Part shown: one piece after another, positions 16,163-25,539 of the stretch
How positions within the stretch are numbered: position 1 is the first letter of the stretch
How the letters are laid out: each line of letters starts with the position of its first letter
DNA from: Christensenellales bacterium
GTDB lineage: Bacteria > Bacillota > Clostridia > Christensenellales > JBMNTT01
Reading direction: 5' to 3'
Assembly: GCA_050945875.1 (NCBI GenBank)
Contig: JBMNTT010000004.1
Coordinates: forward strand, 8,238-72,237
Length of the DNA stretch: 64,000 bases
Notes under the pieces: model-generated
What the model was told of the DNA's origin: nothing
Seen by the model: the letters and a program-made list of their open reading frames with translations, nothing else
Database searches by the model: none
Made by a program: the position numbers and the translations under genes

Positions 16163-17626
16163 ATGAAGAAGAACGAGGGGAACCCGGCTGCCCCCCAGCC
16201 GGAGAAGAAGATGCGCAGCAAGCGCCTGCGCTACGGCGGGTACTCGGCCGTCATCGTGGTGGTGGCGCTGGTGCTGCTGATGGTGCTCAACGTCGGGGTC
16301 AGCACCCTGGAGGAGCGCTTCGGCCTGAAGATCGACCTGACCAAGAACAGCCTCTACTCCCTGAGCGCCCAGACCAACGATCTGCTCAAGGGCTTGGATG
16401 AGGACATTTACATCTATACCACCTACACGGCCTCCCAGGCCGACGCCACCGTGGATATCCTGCTGGAGCAGTACCTGGGCGGCAGCCTGAAGGTGCACGT
16501 GGAGAACATCGACCCCGTGCAGAACCCCACGGCCATCAGCCAGTTCACCAAGGACTCCCTGGAGAACGGCTCGCTGATCATCACCAACGCCGACAAGAGC
16601 AAGAGCCGGATCATCAAGTCCTCCTCCCTGGTGGGCACCGACGACTCGGGCAGCTACACCCTGCAGGCCGAGCAGCGCATCTCCGGCGCCATCCTCTACG
16701 TCGTCAGCGACAACGCCCAGCGCGTGCTCTTCCTGGACGGCCACGGCGAGACCACCCTGTCCACCCTGGACTATCTGAAGACCTACCTGGAGAACGAGAA
16801 CTGCGAGGTTTCCACGGTCAACCTGACCGGCGGGGAGACCGCCCTTGAGAAGGGCGATATCCTGGTGATCATGGCCCCCAAGCAGGATATCACCCTGGAG
16901 GAGCGCGAGCAGCTGCGCGATTTCATGATCAACGGCGGGCGCACCCTCTACATCGCCGACCCCATGGCCACCCAGCTGACCAACTTCGACTCGCTGCTGA
17001 GCAACTTTGACATCGAGCTGAAGAACGCCGTGGTGCTCGACCCCAACCAGGCCAACTACTATCAGGCGCCCCTGATGCTCGTGCCCAACCTGGGCGAGCA
17101 CGCCATCACCCAGTCCATCCGCTCCAGCCGCATGAGCGTGCTGCTGCCCAGCTGCCGCTACATCCAGCTGCCCCAGGCCCAGAAGGACGACGTGAAGATC
17201 ACCCCCCTGCTGACCACCTCGGACCAGGCCTTCGCCAAGGAGGACCTGACCAGCGAGACCCTCGACCCCAACCCGGCTGAGGGCGACGTCACCGGCCAGC
17301 TGACCCTGGCCGCCGCGGTGGAGCTGACGGATTTCGACGTCACCGACAACGACTCCCAGCTCGTGGTCATCGGCACGAGCGGCTTCGTCGGCACCGAGAA
17401 CCTGGCCTCCTACGGCGCCAACCTCGACCTGTTCATGAACGCCATCAACTGGATGAGCGAGGATACCGACACCTTCACCGTGCGCGCCAAGAGCCTGAGC
17501 GGCTACGGCCTGCAGATTCCCAATGACGCCACGTGGATGACCCTGGCCATCATCCTGGTCGCCGTCATCCCCCTGGCCATCGGCATCATCGGCTTTGTGG
17601 TCTACCGCAGGAGGAAGCATCTATGA
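16163..17626 (+). CDS. GldG-like ABC-transporter auxiliary protein (N- and C-terminal TM anchors)
   Basis: 487 aa. It has terminal TM helices and a large extracytoplasmic domain, and follows the GldA/F-like pair. Confidence 0.8.
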   Translation: MKKNEGNPAAPQPEKKMRSKRLRYGGYSAVIVVVALVLLMVLNVGVSTLEERFGLKIDLTKNSLYSLSAQTNDLLKGLDEDIYIYTTYTASQADATVDILLEQYLGGSLKVHVENIDPVQNPTAISQFTKDSLENGSLIITNADKSKSRIIKSSSLVGTDDSGSYTLQAEQRISGAILYVVSDNAQRVLFLDGHGETTLSTLDYLKTYLENENCEVSTVNLTGGETALEKGDILVIMAPKQDITLEEREQLRDFMINGGRTLYIADPMATQLTNFDSLLSNFDIELKNAVVLDPNQANYYQAPLMLVPNLGEHAITQSIRSSRMSVLLPSCRYIQLPQAQKDDVKITPLLTTSDQAFAKEDLTSETLDPNPAEGDVTGQLTLAAAVELTDFDVTDNDSQLVVIGTSGFVGTENLASYGANLDLFMNAINWMSEDTDTFTVRAKSLSGYGLQIPNDATWMTLAIILVAVIPLAIGIIGFVVYRRRKHL

Positions 17627-19353
17627 CGAACACCCCCAACGATCCCAAGGATTTGAGGCCCGGCGCGCCCGCGGCCCCGGCGGAGACCGGCGCACCCGCG
17701 GCTCCGGCCGACGAGCCCACCGACGAGGAACTGCTGCACCCCGCCTCCCAGCAGCCGCCCGAGCGGGATCCCTTCTCCTCCCTGCTGGAGGAGCCCGAGG
17801 ACCCCGAGATGAAGGCCAAGCTGGTCCAGCGCAGCCGTCGGCGGCGCAAGCGCAACCTGATCCTGCTGCTGGTCGCCCTGGTGGTCATCACGGGCGTCAC
17901 CCTGGCCATCGGCCTGCTGATGCCCGGGACCAACAGCGCCGCCACCCCCACGCCCACCGCCAGCCAGACCGTGGTGCTCAAGCATGAGAAGGCGGACATC
18001 CAGCGCATCCAGATGACCAACCCCGAGGGAACCTACGTCGTCGTGCCCCGGGAGGATGGGGAGAATTTCGCCGTCCAGGGCCTTGAGGACGCGGCCATGA
18101 TGGACGCCAACATCAACCTGATCGCCGCCTACGGCGTGCAGATGTTGGCCGAGTCCATGGTCTCCGAGACCCGCCCCTCCGACGCGGACCTGGCCAACTA
18201 TGGCGTCGGCCCGGACTCCTGCAAGATGGAGATCACCTACGTTGACGGGGAGAAGGCCACCTTCATCCTCGGGGGGCTGACCCCCATGGGCAGCCAGTAC
18301 TATATGCTCTACGACCAGACCGGCCAGCTCTTCACCGTGCAGTACGCCGTGGGGCAGACCTTTATCCTCACCGAGGACGACCTGCGCAACATCTCCGTCG
18401 AGCAGGTGGACGGCGCCTATGTCGAGTCCATCCGCATCGAGAAGAACGGCCAGGTCATCCTCGCCGCCGAGCATAACGTCGGCAACAACGCCAACATGCT
18501 GGGCGTGTCGGGCTACATCCTCACCGAGCCGTACATCCGCGGCGTGGACCGCGACAAGATGCAGTCCGAGATCATCACGCCCCTGAGCGAGGTGGAGCTG
18601 GAGCAGTACGAGGGCGACGATCCCACCGATCCCAAGTACGGCCTGAACGAGCCCACCCTGCGCATCCAGATGATCGACCTGACCGGCAAGCGCTTCGATC
18701 TGTACGTCGGCGCGGACAAGGACGAGCAGTACGCCTACTGCCGCCTGGAGGGCGACGAGAGCAACTACGTCTACTCGGTGAAGAAGGCGTCCCTGGAGTT
18801 TGTGGATATCGATCCCTTCTACCTGGTGGAGAAGTTCTCGGCCATCCCCTTCCTGGCCAACCTCGACCGCATCGAGGCCAAGACCAGCCAGAGCGCCGCC
18901 TACGCCACCATCGAGCGGGTCTACTCGCCCACCGAGGTGGACTCCCAGGGCCAGCCCGTGGTCGAGAGCGAGACCTACTTGAAAAACGGCGCCGAGGAAG
19001 TGGACAAGAGCCAGATCAACGCCTACTACCTGGGCCTGGTCTCGCCCATCCTCGACGGGGTCATCCCCGAGGACAAGATGGATCAGGTGGGCGACGAGGT
19101 GCTGCTGAGCATCCAGTACACCCTCAACAAGGGCGACGAGCGCGTCGCCACCGTCGAGTACCTGCCCTATGACCTGGATCACTATGCCGCCCGCATCAAC
19201 GGCAACGTGGACTTCTACATCCGCAAGGAGAAGGTCCAGCGCGCCATCGACGCGGCCAACGACTTCGCCGCCGGCGTCGCGCCCGAGGTGGACAGCGGCC
19301 TGGACGACGCGACCGTCATCGGCCCGAGCGTCAGCACCGCCCCGGAATCCTGA
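17623..19353 (+). CDS. DUF4340 domain-containing membrane-anchored protein with Pro/Ala/Glu-rich N-terminal extension
   Basis: Track ORF trimmed to MTNTPND (ATGA overlap with the upstream stop). It has a single TM (LILLLVALVVITGV) and a long extracytoplasmic domain. The GldG-DUF4340 pairing is typical. Confidence 0.78.
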   Translation: MTNTPNDPKDLRPGAPAAPAETGAPAAPADEPTDEELLHPASQQPPERDPFSSLLEEPEDPEMKAKLVQRSRRRRKRNLILLLVALVVITGVTLAIGLLMPGTNSAATPTPTASQTVVLKHEKADIQRIQMTNPEGTYVVVPREDGENFAVQGLEDAAMMDANINLIAAYGVQMLAESMVSETRPSDADLANYGVGPDSCKMEITYVDGEKATFILGGLTPMGSQYYMLYDQTGQLFTVQYAVGQTFILTEDDLRNISVEQVDGAYVESIRIEKNGQVILAAEHNVGNNANMLGVSGYILTEPYIRGVDRDKMQSEIITPLSEVELEQYEGDDPTDPKYGLNEPTLRIQMIDLTGKRFDLYVGADKDEQYAYCRLEGDESNYVYSVKKASLEFVDIDPFYLVEKFSAIPFLANLDRIEAKTSQSAAYATIERVYSPTEVDSQGQPVVESETYLKNGAEEVDKSQINAYYLGLVSPILDGVIPEDKMDQVGDEVLLSIQYTLNKGDERVATVEYLPYDLDHYAARINGNVDFYIRKEKVQRAIDAANDFAAGVAPEVDSGLDDATVIGPSVSTAPES

Positions 19354-19412
19354 GCGGGGGAACGGGCGGGGGGCCTTTTCGAAAAAAGGCCCCCACACCC
19401 CCCAAAACCTGA

Positions 19413-19443
19413 ACAAAGGAACTCCTTCAAGGAGTTCCTTTGT
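19413..19443. terminator. Bidirectional hairpin between convergent genes
   Basis: ACAAAGGAACTCC-TTCAA-GGAGTTCCTTTGT perfect stem. A second GC hairpin lies at 19370-19394. Confidence 0.55.
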
Positions 19444-19539
19444 TGTCCGTGACCGCCTCGCCCAGGGCCCTGACCAGGGCCAGCGCCTGGAAGAACCCCA
19501 GCCGGTGCAGCTGGGTGGACTGGCGCGCGGGCGGTCGCC

Positions 19540-20742
19540 TCATGGCTCCCGCCGGGTCAGCAGTCTAGGCGCGGCCAGGTCGATGCCCGCCGCGCCCAGG
19601 GGCGCGGTAATCAGGATTCCCAGCACCGACACGGCCAGCACCACCTGACCGCAGGGCAGACCCAGCGACAGGGGTACCGCGCCGATGGCCGCCTGGACGG
19701 TGGCCTTGGGCAGATAGGCGATCACGCAGAAGAGCCGTTCCTTGGCGCAAAGCGGCGAGCCCAACAGGCAGAGCCACACCCCCGCGGCCCGGAACACGAG
19801 CGCCGCCAGGATCATGGCCAGGGCGGCCAACCCGGCGCTCAGGGTGTAGCGGACGTCCACGGCCGCGCCCACCAGCACGAACAGGACCACCTCCGCCGCC
19901 AGCCACAGCTTGCCGAACTTCTCAGACAGGCGCGCGCTGACCGGGGGATCACTGGTCATCCTCAGGGCGCAGGCCATGCTGATCACGGCCAGCAGCCCGG
20001 AGAGGGGAACGCGCCCCTGCAGCCAGGACTCGATGGCGACCAGCAGGAAGGATATCCCCAGCAGGATGATGACCTTGACGCTGCCGCGCACGCCCCGGCC
20101 CCGGGCCCGGGCCCGCCCAAACCAACGGCCCAACCCCCAGCCGGTCAGCGCGCCCAGGGCGACGCCCAGCGCGATGGAGACCGGAACGCCCGCCAGACCC
20201 GCCAGGTTGGCGCCCTGACCCTGGGCCATGCCCACAAAGGTGGAGAACAGCACGATCACATACACATCGTCGCAGGAGGCCCCGGCCATGATCAGCTGGG
20301 GGATGCTCTTGTCCACGCCGTACCCGGTCTCCATCAGGCGCACCATGCGCGGCACCACCACCGCCGGGGAGACCGCCCCCAGCACCGCGCCCATCACCAG
20401 CGCCTCGATCCGGGTGACGCCCAGCAGCGCTGGCGCCAGCAGGAAGAAGGCCAGGATTTCGCAGCTGGCGGGCAGGAAGGCCATCAGCACCGCGCTGCGG
20501 CCCACCTTTTTCAGGTCCGCCAGGTCCAGGGATAGACCGGCTTTGAGCAGGATGATGATCAGCGCCATCTGCCGCAGGTCGGCCGAGACGCCTAGGATGG
20601 ACGGGTCCAACAGGTTCAGGGCCCGGGGGCCCAACGCCACGCCGATGAGCAGCATGCCGATGATGGTGGGCAGGCCCAGCCGCCGGCTCAGCGCCGCTGC
20701 GGCCAACCCCGCCAGGAAGATGAATGCCAGGGATGTCAGCAC
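19540..20742 (-). CDS. Cation:proton antiporter (CPA family Na+/H+ exchanger)
   Basis: 400 aa, polytopic, with Gly/Ala/Leu-rich helices. Family assigned by overall pattern. Confidence 0.85.
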   Translation of the reverse strand: MLTSLAFIFLAGLAAAALSRRLGLPTIIGMLLIGVALGPRALNLLDPSILGVSADLRQMALIIILLKAGLSLDLADLKKVGRSAVLMAFLPASCEILAFFLLAPALLGVTRIEALVMGAVLGAVSPAVVVPRMVRLMETGYGVDKSIPQLIMAGASCDDVYVIVLFSTFVGMAQGQGANLAGLAGVPVSIALGVALGALTGWGLGRWFGRARARGRGVRGSVKVIILLGISFLLVAIESWLQGRVPLSGLLAVISMACALRMTSDPPVSARLSEKFGKLWLAAEVVLFVLVGAAVDVRYTLSAGLAALAMILAALVFRAAGVWLCLLGSPLCAKERLFCVIAYLPKATVQAAIGAVPLSLGLPCGQVVLAVSVLGILITAPLGAAGIDLAAPRLLTRREP

Positions 20743-20890
20743 GGGAACTCCTCCTTCGCACGCAAAAAAGCTGACGCTTTCTGCGAGGTTTTATCGCAGA
20801 AGTCATCAGCTTTGACAAGCGGTTTCGGTTGCCCGAGGGAGAACTTCATTCCCTAGCTCCTTTATACCAGCTATGCGCGGGGATTGTCAA
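20743..20890 (-). promoter_or_regulatory. Promoter plus structured leader with intrinsic terminator upstream of the antiporter (candidate riboswitch/attenuator)
   Basis: On the minus strand: TTGACA (rc of 20885-20890), 18-bp spacer, TATAAA (rc of 20861-20866). A leader of about 110 nt contains nested hairpins (20769-20813) followed by TTTTTT immediately before the GGAGGAG RBS. Confidence 0.45.
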
Positions 20891-20904
20891 GTTTTTTCGC
20901 GCCC

Positions 20905-20933
20905 TTGCCTCCGGGCTCGGGTCGTGCTATACT
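20905..20933 (+). promoter_or_regulatory. thi operon promoter
   Basis: TTGCCT at 20905-20910, 17-bp spacer, TATACT at 20928-20933. Confidence 0.5.
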
Positions 20934-20951
20934 GAATGCGACAACTTCATA

Positions 20952-21121
20952 CAAGTTTGCGGGGGAACCGATTGCGGTTGAGAAGGTTAAAACCTGACCC
21001 TTTGAACCTGTTCGTTAACACGGGCGTAGGGAAGCAACAGATGATTTCAAGATGCGCTTTTCCGTCGGGAAGGCGCGTCTTTGTCTCTCCGGGCTTGTCC
21101 GCGCCCCGGGGAGATTTTTTT
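20952..21121 (+). promoter_or_regulatory. TPP (THI-box) riboswitch with terminator expression platform
   Basis: Contains GCGGGGGAACC...GGTTGAGA and ACCCTTTGAACCTGTTCGTTAACACGGGCGTAGGGAAG, the conserved THI-box core. A hairpin at 21086-21114 is followed by TTTTTTT. Confidence 0.85.
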
Positions 21122-21139
21122 GTGAGAGGACGGATGCAC

Positions 21140-22438
21140 ATGTATACCACCCAGATGGACGCCGCCCGCCAGGGCGTCATCACCGAACAACTCGCCGCGG
21201 TGGCCGCGCGCGAGGGCGTAGACCCGGAGAAGCTGCGCGCCCTGGTGGCCGCGGGCAGCGCGGTCATCCCGGCCAACAAGGCCCACGCCTGCCTCAGGCC
21301 CGCGGGCATCTCCCGCCACCTGACCACCAAGATCAACGTCAACCTCGGGGCCAGCCGCGACTGCCTGGACCTGGATGTGGAGATGCAGAAGGTGCAGGCC
21401 GCGGTGGACATGGGGGCCGAGGCGATCATGGACCTGTCCAACTTTGGCGACACCCGGGCCTTCCGGCGCAAACTCGCGGCCCAGTGCCCGGCGGTGCTGG
21501 GCACCGTGCCCATCTACGACGCCATCGTGCGCTACAACAAGGCCCTGAAGGACATCACCGCCGACGAGTGGATCGACGTGGTGCGCATGCACGCCGAGGA
21601 CGGGGTGGACTTCGTCACGCTGCACTGCGGGCTCAACCGCCGCGCCGCCGCCTTTATCAAGGCCCATCCCCGCCGCACCCAGATCGTCTCCCGGGGCGGC
21701 TCGCTGATCTTCGCCTGGATGGAGATGACCGGCCAGGAGAACCCCTTCTACGAGCGGTACGACGAGGTGCTGGACATCTGCGAAAAGCACGACGTCACCC
21801 TCTCCCTGGGCGACGCCTGCCGCCCGGGCTCCCTGGCCGACGCCAGCGACCCCGCCCAGATTCAGGAGCTGATCGGCCTGGGCGAGCTGACCGAGCGGGC
21901 CTGGGCCCACAACGTGCAGGTGCTGGTGGAGGGCCCGGGCCACATGCCCATGGACCAGATCGCCGCCAACATGGCTTTGCAGCGGTCCCTCTGCCACGAC
22001 GCGCCCTTCTACGTGCTCGGCCCCCTGGTCACCGACGTGGCCCCGGGGTACGACCATATCACCGCCGCCATCGGCGGGGCCATCGCCGCCATGCACGGGG
22101 CGGCCTTCCTGTGCTATGTCACCCCGGCGGAGCACCTGCGCCTGCCCACCGTGGCCGACGTGCGCGAGGGCATCGTCGCCGCGCGCATCGCCGCCCACGC
22201 CGCCGACGTGGCCAAGGGCGTCCCCGGCGCCCGGGACTGGGACGACGCGATGAGCCGCAAGCGCGCCGAGCTGGACTGGGAGGGCATGTTCGCCCTGGCG
22301 ATGGATCCGGACAAGGCCCGGGCCTACCGCCGGGACTCCCAGCCCGAGCGGGAGGACACCTGCACCATGTGCGGCAAGATGTGCGCCCTGCGCAACATGC
22401 GCGCCATCTTGCGCGGCGAGGACGTTGACGCCAACTGA
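21140..22438 (+). CDS. thiC: Phosphomethylpyrimidine synthase
   Basis: Track ORF 20936..22438 trimmed to [12 protein letters not shown], downstream of the riboswitch. It has a radical-SAM ThiC pattern with the C-terminal CTMCGKMC cluster. Confidence 0.93.
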   Translation: MYTTQMDAARQGVITEQLAAVAAREGVDPEKLRALVAAGSAVIPANKAHACLRPAGISRHLTTKINVNLGASRDCLDLDVEMQKVQAAVDMGAEAIMDLSNFGDTRAFRRKLAAQCPAVLGTVPIYDAIVRYNKALKDITADEWIDVVRMHAEDGVDFVTLHCGLNRRAAAFIKAHPRRTQIVSRGGSLIFAWMEMTGQENPFYERYDEVLDICEKHDVTLSLGDACRPGSLADASDPAQIQELIGLGELTERAWAHNVQVLVEGPGHMPMDQIAANMALQRSLCHDAPFYVLGPLVTDVAPGYDHITAAIGGAIAAMHGAAFLCYVTPAEHLRLPTVADVREGIVAARIAAHAADVAKGVPGARDWDDAMSRKRAELDWEGMFALAMDPDKARAYRRDSQPEREDTCTMCGKMCALRNMRAILRGEDVDAN

Positions 22439-22451
22439 AAGGAGCATCCGC

Positions 22452-23297
22452 ATGTTTGACTCGATTTTTGCCGCCCTGCGGGCGAAAAAGCCCCTGGTCC
22501 ACTGCATCACCAACTATGTCACCGTAAACGACGTGGCCAACGTCGCCCTGGCCTGCGGGGCCTCGCCCATCATGGCCGACGACATCGCCGAGGCCGCGGA
22601 CATCACCGCCATCTGCGACGCCCTGGCCCTCAACATCGGCACCCTCAACGGGCGCACCGTCCAAAGCATGCTCGCCGCGGGCGAGCGGGCCAACCAGCTG
22701 GGCCGCCCGGTGGTGCTCGACCCGGTGGGCGCGGGGGCCTCGCCGCTGCGCACCCGCACCGCCGCCGAGCTGATCGAGCGGCTGGACCTTGCGGTCATCC
22801 GGGGCAACCTGTCGGAGATCAAGGCCGTCGCCCAGGGCGTGGGCGCGGCCGGGGGCGGGTCGGGAGCCAGCCGGGGGGTGGACGCCGCCGCCGGCGACGC
22901 GGTCACCCCCGACAACCAGGCCGAGACGGCCGCCTTTGTCAAGGACCTGGCCCGGCGCACCGGCGCGGTCATCGCCGCCACCGGGGCCGTCGACCTGGTG
23001 GCCGACGGGGAAACCTGCTACGCCATTGAGAACGGCTGCGCCGACATGAGCCGCGTCACCGGCACGGGCTGCATGCTCACCGCGGTCATCGCCGCCTGCG
23101 TGGCCGCCCATCCCGGGCGGACGCTCGAGGCCGCGGCCGCGGCGGTGGCGGCCATGGGCCTGTGCGGCGAGCTGGCACGGGACAAGGTCGCCAGCCGGGG
23201 CGAGGGCGCCGGCAGCCTGCGGGTCTACCTGATCGACGCGATGAGCAACCTGACCGACGAGCGGCTGGCCCGGGGGGTGAAGTGCCATGCGCTGTGA
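22452..23297 (+). CDS. thiM: Hydroxyethylthiazole kinase
   Basis: Trimmed to MFDSIFAALRAKKPLVHCITNYVT (AAGGAG RBS). It shows the typical ThiM N-terminus and the GTGC motif. Confidence 0.9.
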   Translation: MFDSIFAALRAKKPLVHCITNYVTVNDVANVALACGASPIMADDIAEAADITAICDALALNIGTLNGRTVQSMLAAGERANQLGRPVVLDPVGAGASPLRTRTAAELIERLDLAVIRGNLSEIKAVAQGVGAAGGGSGASRGVDAAAGDAVTPDNQAETAAFVKDLARRTGAVIAATGAVDLVADGETCYAIENGCADMSRVTGTGCMLTAVIAACVAAHPGRTLEAAAAAVAAMGLCGELARDKVASRGEGAGSLRVYLIDAMSNLTDERLARGVKCHAL

Positions 23298-23934
23298 TCG
23301 CGCGCGTCTGCGCGAGGCCCTGCGCCTCTACGCGGTGACCGACCGGCGGTACCTGGCGGGTCTTGCGCTGCCCGAGGCGGTGGCGCGGGCGATTGCGGGC
23401 GGGACCACCCTGGTGCAGCTGCGGGAGAAGGGCCTGCCCAGCGGGGAGCTGGCCGCCCGGGCCCGGGCCTTGCGCCGGGTCTGCGCGCCCCAGGGCGTGC
23501 CCCTGATCGTCAACGACGACGTGGAAGCCGCCGTGGCCGCCGACGCCGACGGCGTGCACGTCGGCCAGGGCGACCTGGAGGCTTCCCAGGCCCGCGCGCG
23601 CATCGGGGACCGCATCCTGGGCGTGTCGGTGCAGACCGTGGAGCAGGCCCTGCGGGCCCAGGCCGCCGGGGCGGACTATCTGGGGGTGGGCGCGGTGTTC
23701 CCCACGGGCACCAAGGCCGACGCGCAGGCGGTGTCGATCGCGGCGCTGGGGGATATCTGCCGGGCGGTGGAGATCCCGGTGGTGGCCATCGGGGGGATCA
23801 CCGCGGAGAACCTGCCCTCGCTTGCGGGCAGCGGGATCGCCGGGGCGGCGGTGGTGTCGGCCATCTTCGGGGCGGCGGATATCGCCTTGGCCGCCCGGGC
23901 GCTGCGCGCCGCGGCCGACCGGGTGGCGACGTGA
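23287..23934 (+). CDS. thiE: Thiamine-phosphate synthase
   Basis: 215 aa with LYAVTD, VQLREK and GVHVGQGD motifs. Confidence 0.92.
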   Translation: MRCDRARLREALRLYAVTDRRYLAGLALPEAVARAIAGGTTLVQLREKGLPSGELAARARALRRVCAPQGVPLIVNDDVEAAVAADADGVHVGQGDLEASQARARIGDRILGVSVQTVEQALRAQAAGADYLGVGAVFPTGTKADAQAVSIAALGDICRAVEIPVVAIGGITAENLPSLAGSGIAGAAVVSAIFGAADIALAARALRAAADRVAT

Positions 23935-24770
23935 TCGGCGCGGTCGTCAGCGACCTGGACGGTACGCTGCTCGACTCCCTGCCCGCCTGGAACGCCCTGC
24001 CCGCCCGGCTGCTGGCCCATTTCGGCGTGCCCGCGCCGGCGGGGCTGGCCGCCGACCTGGCGGAGCTGTCCATGACCGAGGCCGTGGCGCATCTCAAAGC
24101 GCGCTTTGGGCTGCCCGGCCCGGTCGAGGCGCTCAGCGCGCTGTGCGCGCGACTGATGGACCGGGCCTACCGGCGGGAGATTCCCCTGCTGCCCGGGGCG
24201 GCGGCGGGGATCGCCTACCTGCGGGGCCTGGGCCTGCCCGTCGCCATCGCCACCGCCGGGGACGCGGCCCTGGCCCGGGCGGCGCTGGAGCGCCTGGGCC
24301 TGTGGGGGGAGGTGGCCTTTGTGATCACCGAGGCGCAGGTGGGCCGTAGCAAGCGCCACCCGGAGATCTACCTGCGCGCGGCAAAGCGCCTGGGGGTCGC
24401 GCCCGGCGACTGCCTGGTGCTCGAGGACGCGCCCCACGCCATCGCCACCGCCCGGGCGGCGGGCTTTGTGGTCTGCGCCGTGGGGGCGGGCGCGGCGGAC
24501 CTCAGCGCCCCGCCCGACGCGGGCGCGTCAACCGGCGCGACCGACCCGCCCGGCGCGGCCAACCTGCCCGGCGCGACCGACTCGCCGCCCGCCCTGCCCG
24601 GCGCGAGGCTCAGCGCTCCGCCCGGCGCGAGGCTCAGCGCTCCGCCCGGCGCGAGGCTCAGCGTTCCGCCCGGCGCGGCGCGGCCCGCCCCCCTGCTGCG
24701 GGTGGATAACCTATCGGAATTGGAGGCGATTTTTTCCCATGGTGAGTGTGCTGTCCATCGCCGGCACTGA
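23931..24770 (+). CDS. HAD family phosphatase in the thi operon, with repeat-encoded Pro/Ala-rich C-terminal tail
   Basis: GTG start overlapping the thiE stop. Contains the HAD motif I VVSDLDGTLLDS. The tail PGARLSAP x3 is encoded by the 24-bp tandem repeat. The ORF end overlaps the thiD start. Confidence 0.78.
   Translation: MIGAVVSDLDGTLLDSLPAWNALPARLLAHFGVPAPAGLAADLAELSMTEAVAHLKARFGLPGPVEALSALCARLMDRAYRREIPLLPGAAAGIAYLRGLGLPVAIATAGDAALARAALERLGLWGEVAFVITEAQVGRSKRHPEIYLRAAKRLGVAPGDCLVLEDAPHAIATARAAGFVVCAVGAGAADLSAPPDAGASTGATDPPGAANLPGATDSPPALPGARLSAPPGARLSAPPGARLSVPPGAARPAPLLRVDNLSELEAIFSHGECAVHRRH
24597..24678 (+). repeat. 24-bp tandem repeat, about 3.4 copies (CCCGGCGCGAGGCTCAGCGCTCCG)
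   Basis: Units at 24597-24620, 24621-24644 and 24645-24668 (one mismatch), plus a partial fourth. Confidence 0.9.
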
Positions 24771-25533
24771 CCCCTCCGGGGGCGCGGGCGCTTCGGCGGA
24801 CCTGAAAACCTTCGCGGCCCACGGGGTGTACGGCATGAGCGTCGTCACCGCCCTGGTGGCCCAGAATACCTGCGGCGTGCGGGCGGTGCAGCCCGTGCCG
24901 CCGGATTTTGTCACCGCCCAGCTCGACGCGGTCTGCCAGGATATCCCGCCCCAGGCCGTCAAGATCGGCATGCTCCACAGCGCTCCGGTCATCGCCCGGG
25001 TGGCCGAGGCCCTGGCGCGCTACGAGCTGCCCCAGGTGGTGCTCGACCCGGTGATGGTGGCCACCAGCGGCGACCGGCTGCTCGACCGCGCGGCCCAGGC
25101 CGCCCTGGAGCGGCTGCTGCCCCGCTGCCGGGTGATGACCCCCAACCTGCCCGAGGGCGAGGCCCTGTGGGGGGCCCGGGTGGCCGACCGGGAGGACATG
25201 CTGCGCTGCGCCGCGGCGCTCTACGCCCGCTACGGCTGCGCGGTGCTGCTCAAGGGCGGGCACGGGGCGGGGGACTGCGCGGACCTGCTCTTTGACGGGT
25301 CGGCCCGCTGGTTCGCCGCCCCCCGGGTGGACACCCAAAACACCCACGGCACGGGCTGCACCCTGTCGGCGGCCCTGGCCTGCAACCTGGCCCGGGGCCA
25401 GGGGCTGGGGGAGGCCGTCGCCCACGCCAAGGCCTATGTCACCGCCGCGCTGTCCACCGGGTTGGACCTGGGCCGCGGCCACGGACCCTTGAACCACGCC
25501 TTCGCCGTCGGCCCCCTGCCCTGGGAGGGGTGA
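24739..25533 (+). CDS. thiD: Hydroxymethylpyrimidine / phosphomethylpyrimidine kinase
   Basis: Track ORF 24466..25533 trimmed to MVSVLSIAGTDPSGGAGASADLKTF, the canonical ThiD N-terminus. Confidence 0.92.
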   Translation: MVSVLSIAGTDPSGGAGASADLKTFAAHGVYGMSVVTALVAQNTCGVRAVQPVPPDFVTAQLDAVCQDIPPQAVKIGMLHSAPVIARVAEALARYELPQVVLDPVMVATSGDRLLDRAAQAALERLLPRCRVMTPNLPEGEALWGARVADREDMLRCAAALYARYGCAVLLKGGHGAGDCADLLFDGSARWFAAPRVDTQNTHGTGCTLSAALACNLARGQGLGEAVAHAKAYVTAALSTGLDLGRGHGPLNHAFAVGPLPWEG

Positions 25534-25539
25534 ACGACC

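Noticed and set aside
17602-19416. 604-aa minus-strand ORF, with similar long antisense ORFs at 14421..15458 and 16112..17620
   Set aside because: These are mirror frames of the ABC/GldG/DUF4340 genes. They have no RBS, and their composition is dominated by G/A/V/D/H/L runs. The sense genes have recognisable motifs.
19444-19539. Possible gene remnant downstream of the antiporter; one minus-strand frame reads ...QLHRLGFFQALALVRALGEAVTDNKGTP*
   Set aside because: It spans only about 35 codons with no start, no RBS and no recognisable family motif. It cannot be supported from sequence alone.
20936-21139. N-terminal extension of thiC in the track ORF
   Set aside because: It would translate through the TPP riboswitch and its terminator. 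The canonical ThiC N-terminus (MYTTQM) starts at 21140 after an RBS.
24466-24738. N-terminal extension of thiD in the track ORF
   Set aside because: It is a Pro/Arg/Ala-rich reading of the tandem repeat in another frame. The canonical ThiD N-terminus starts at 24739.
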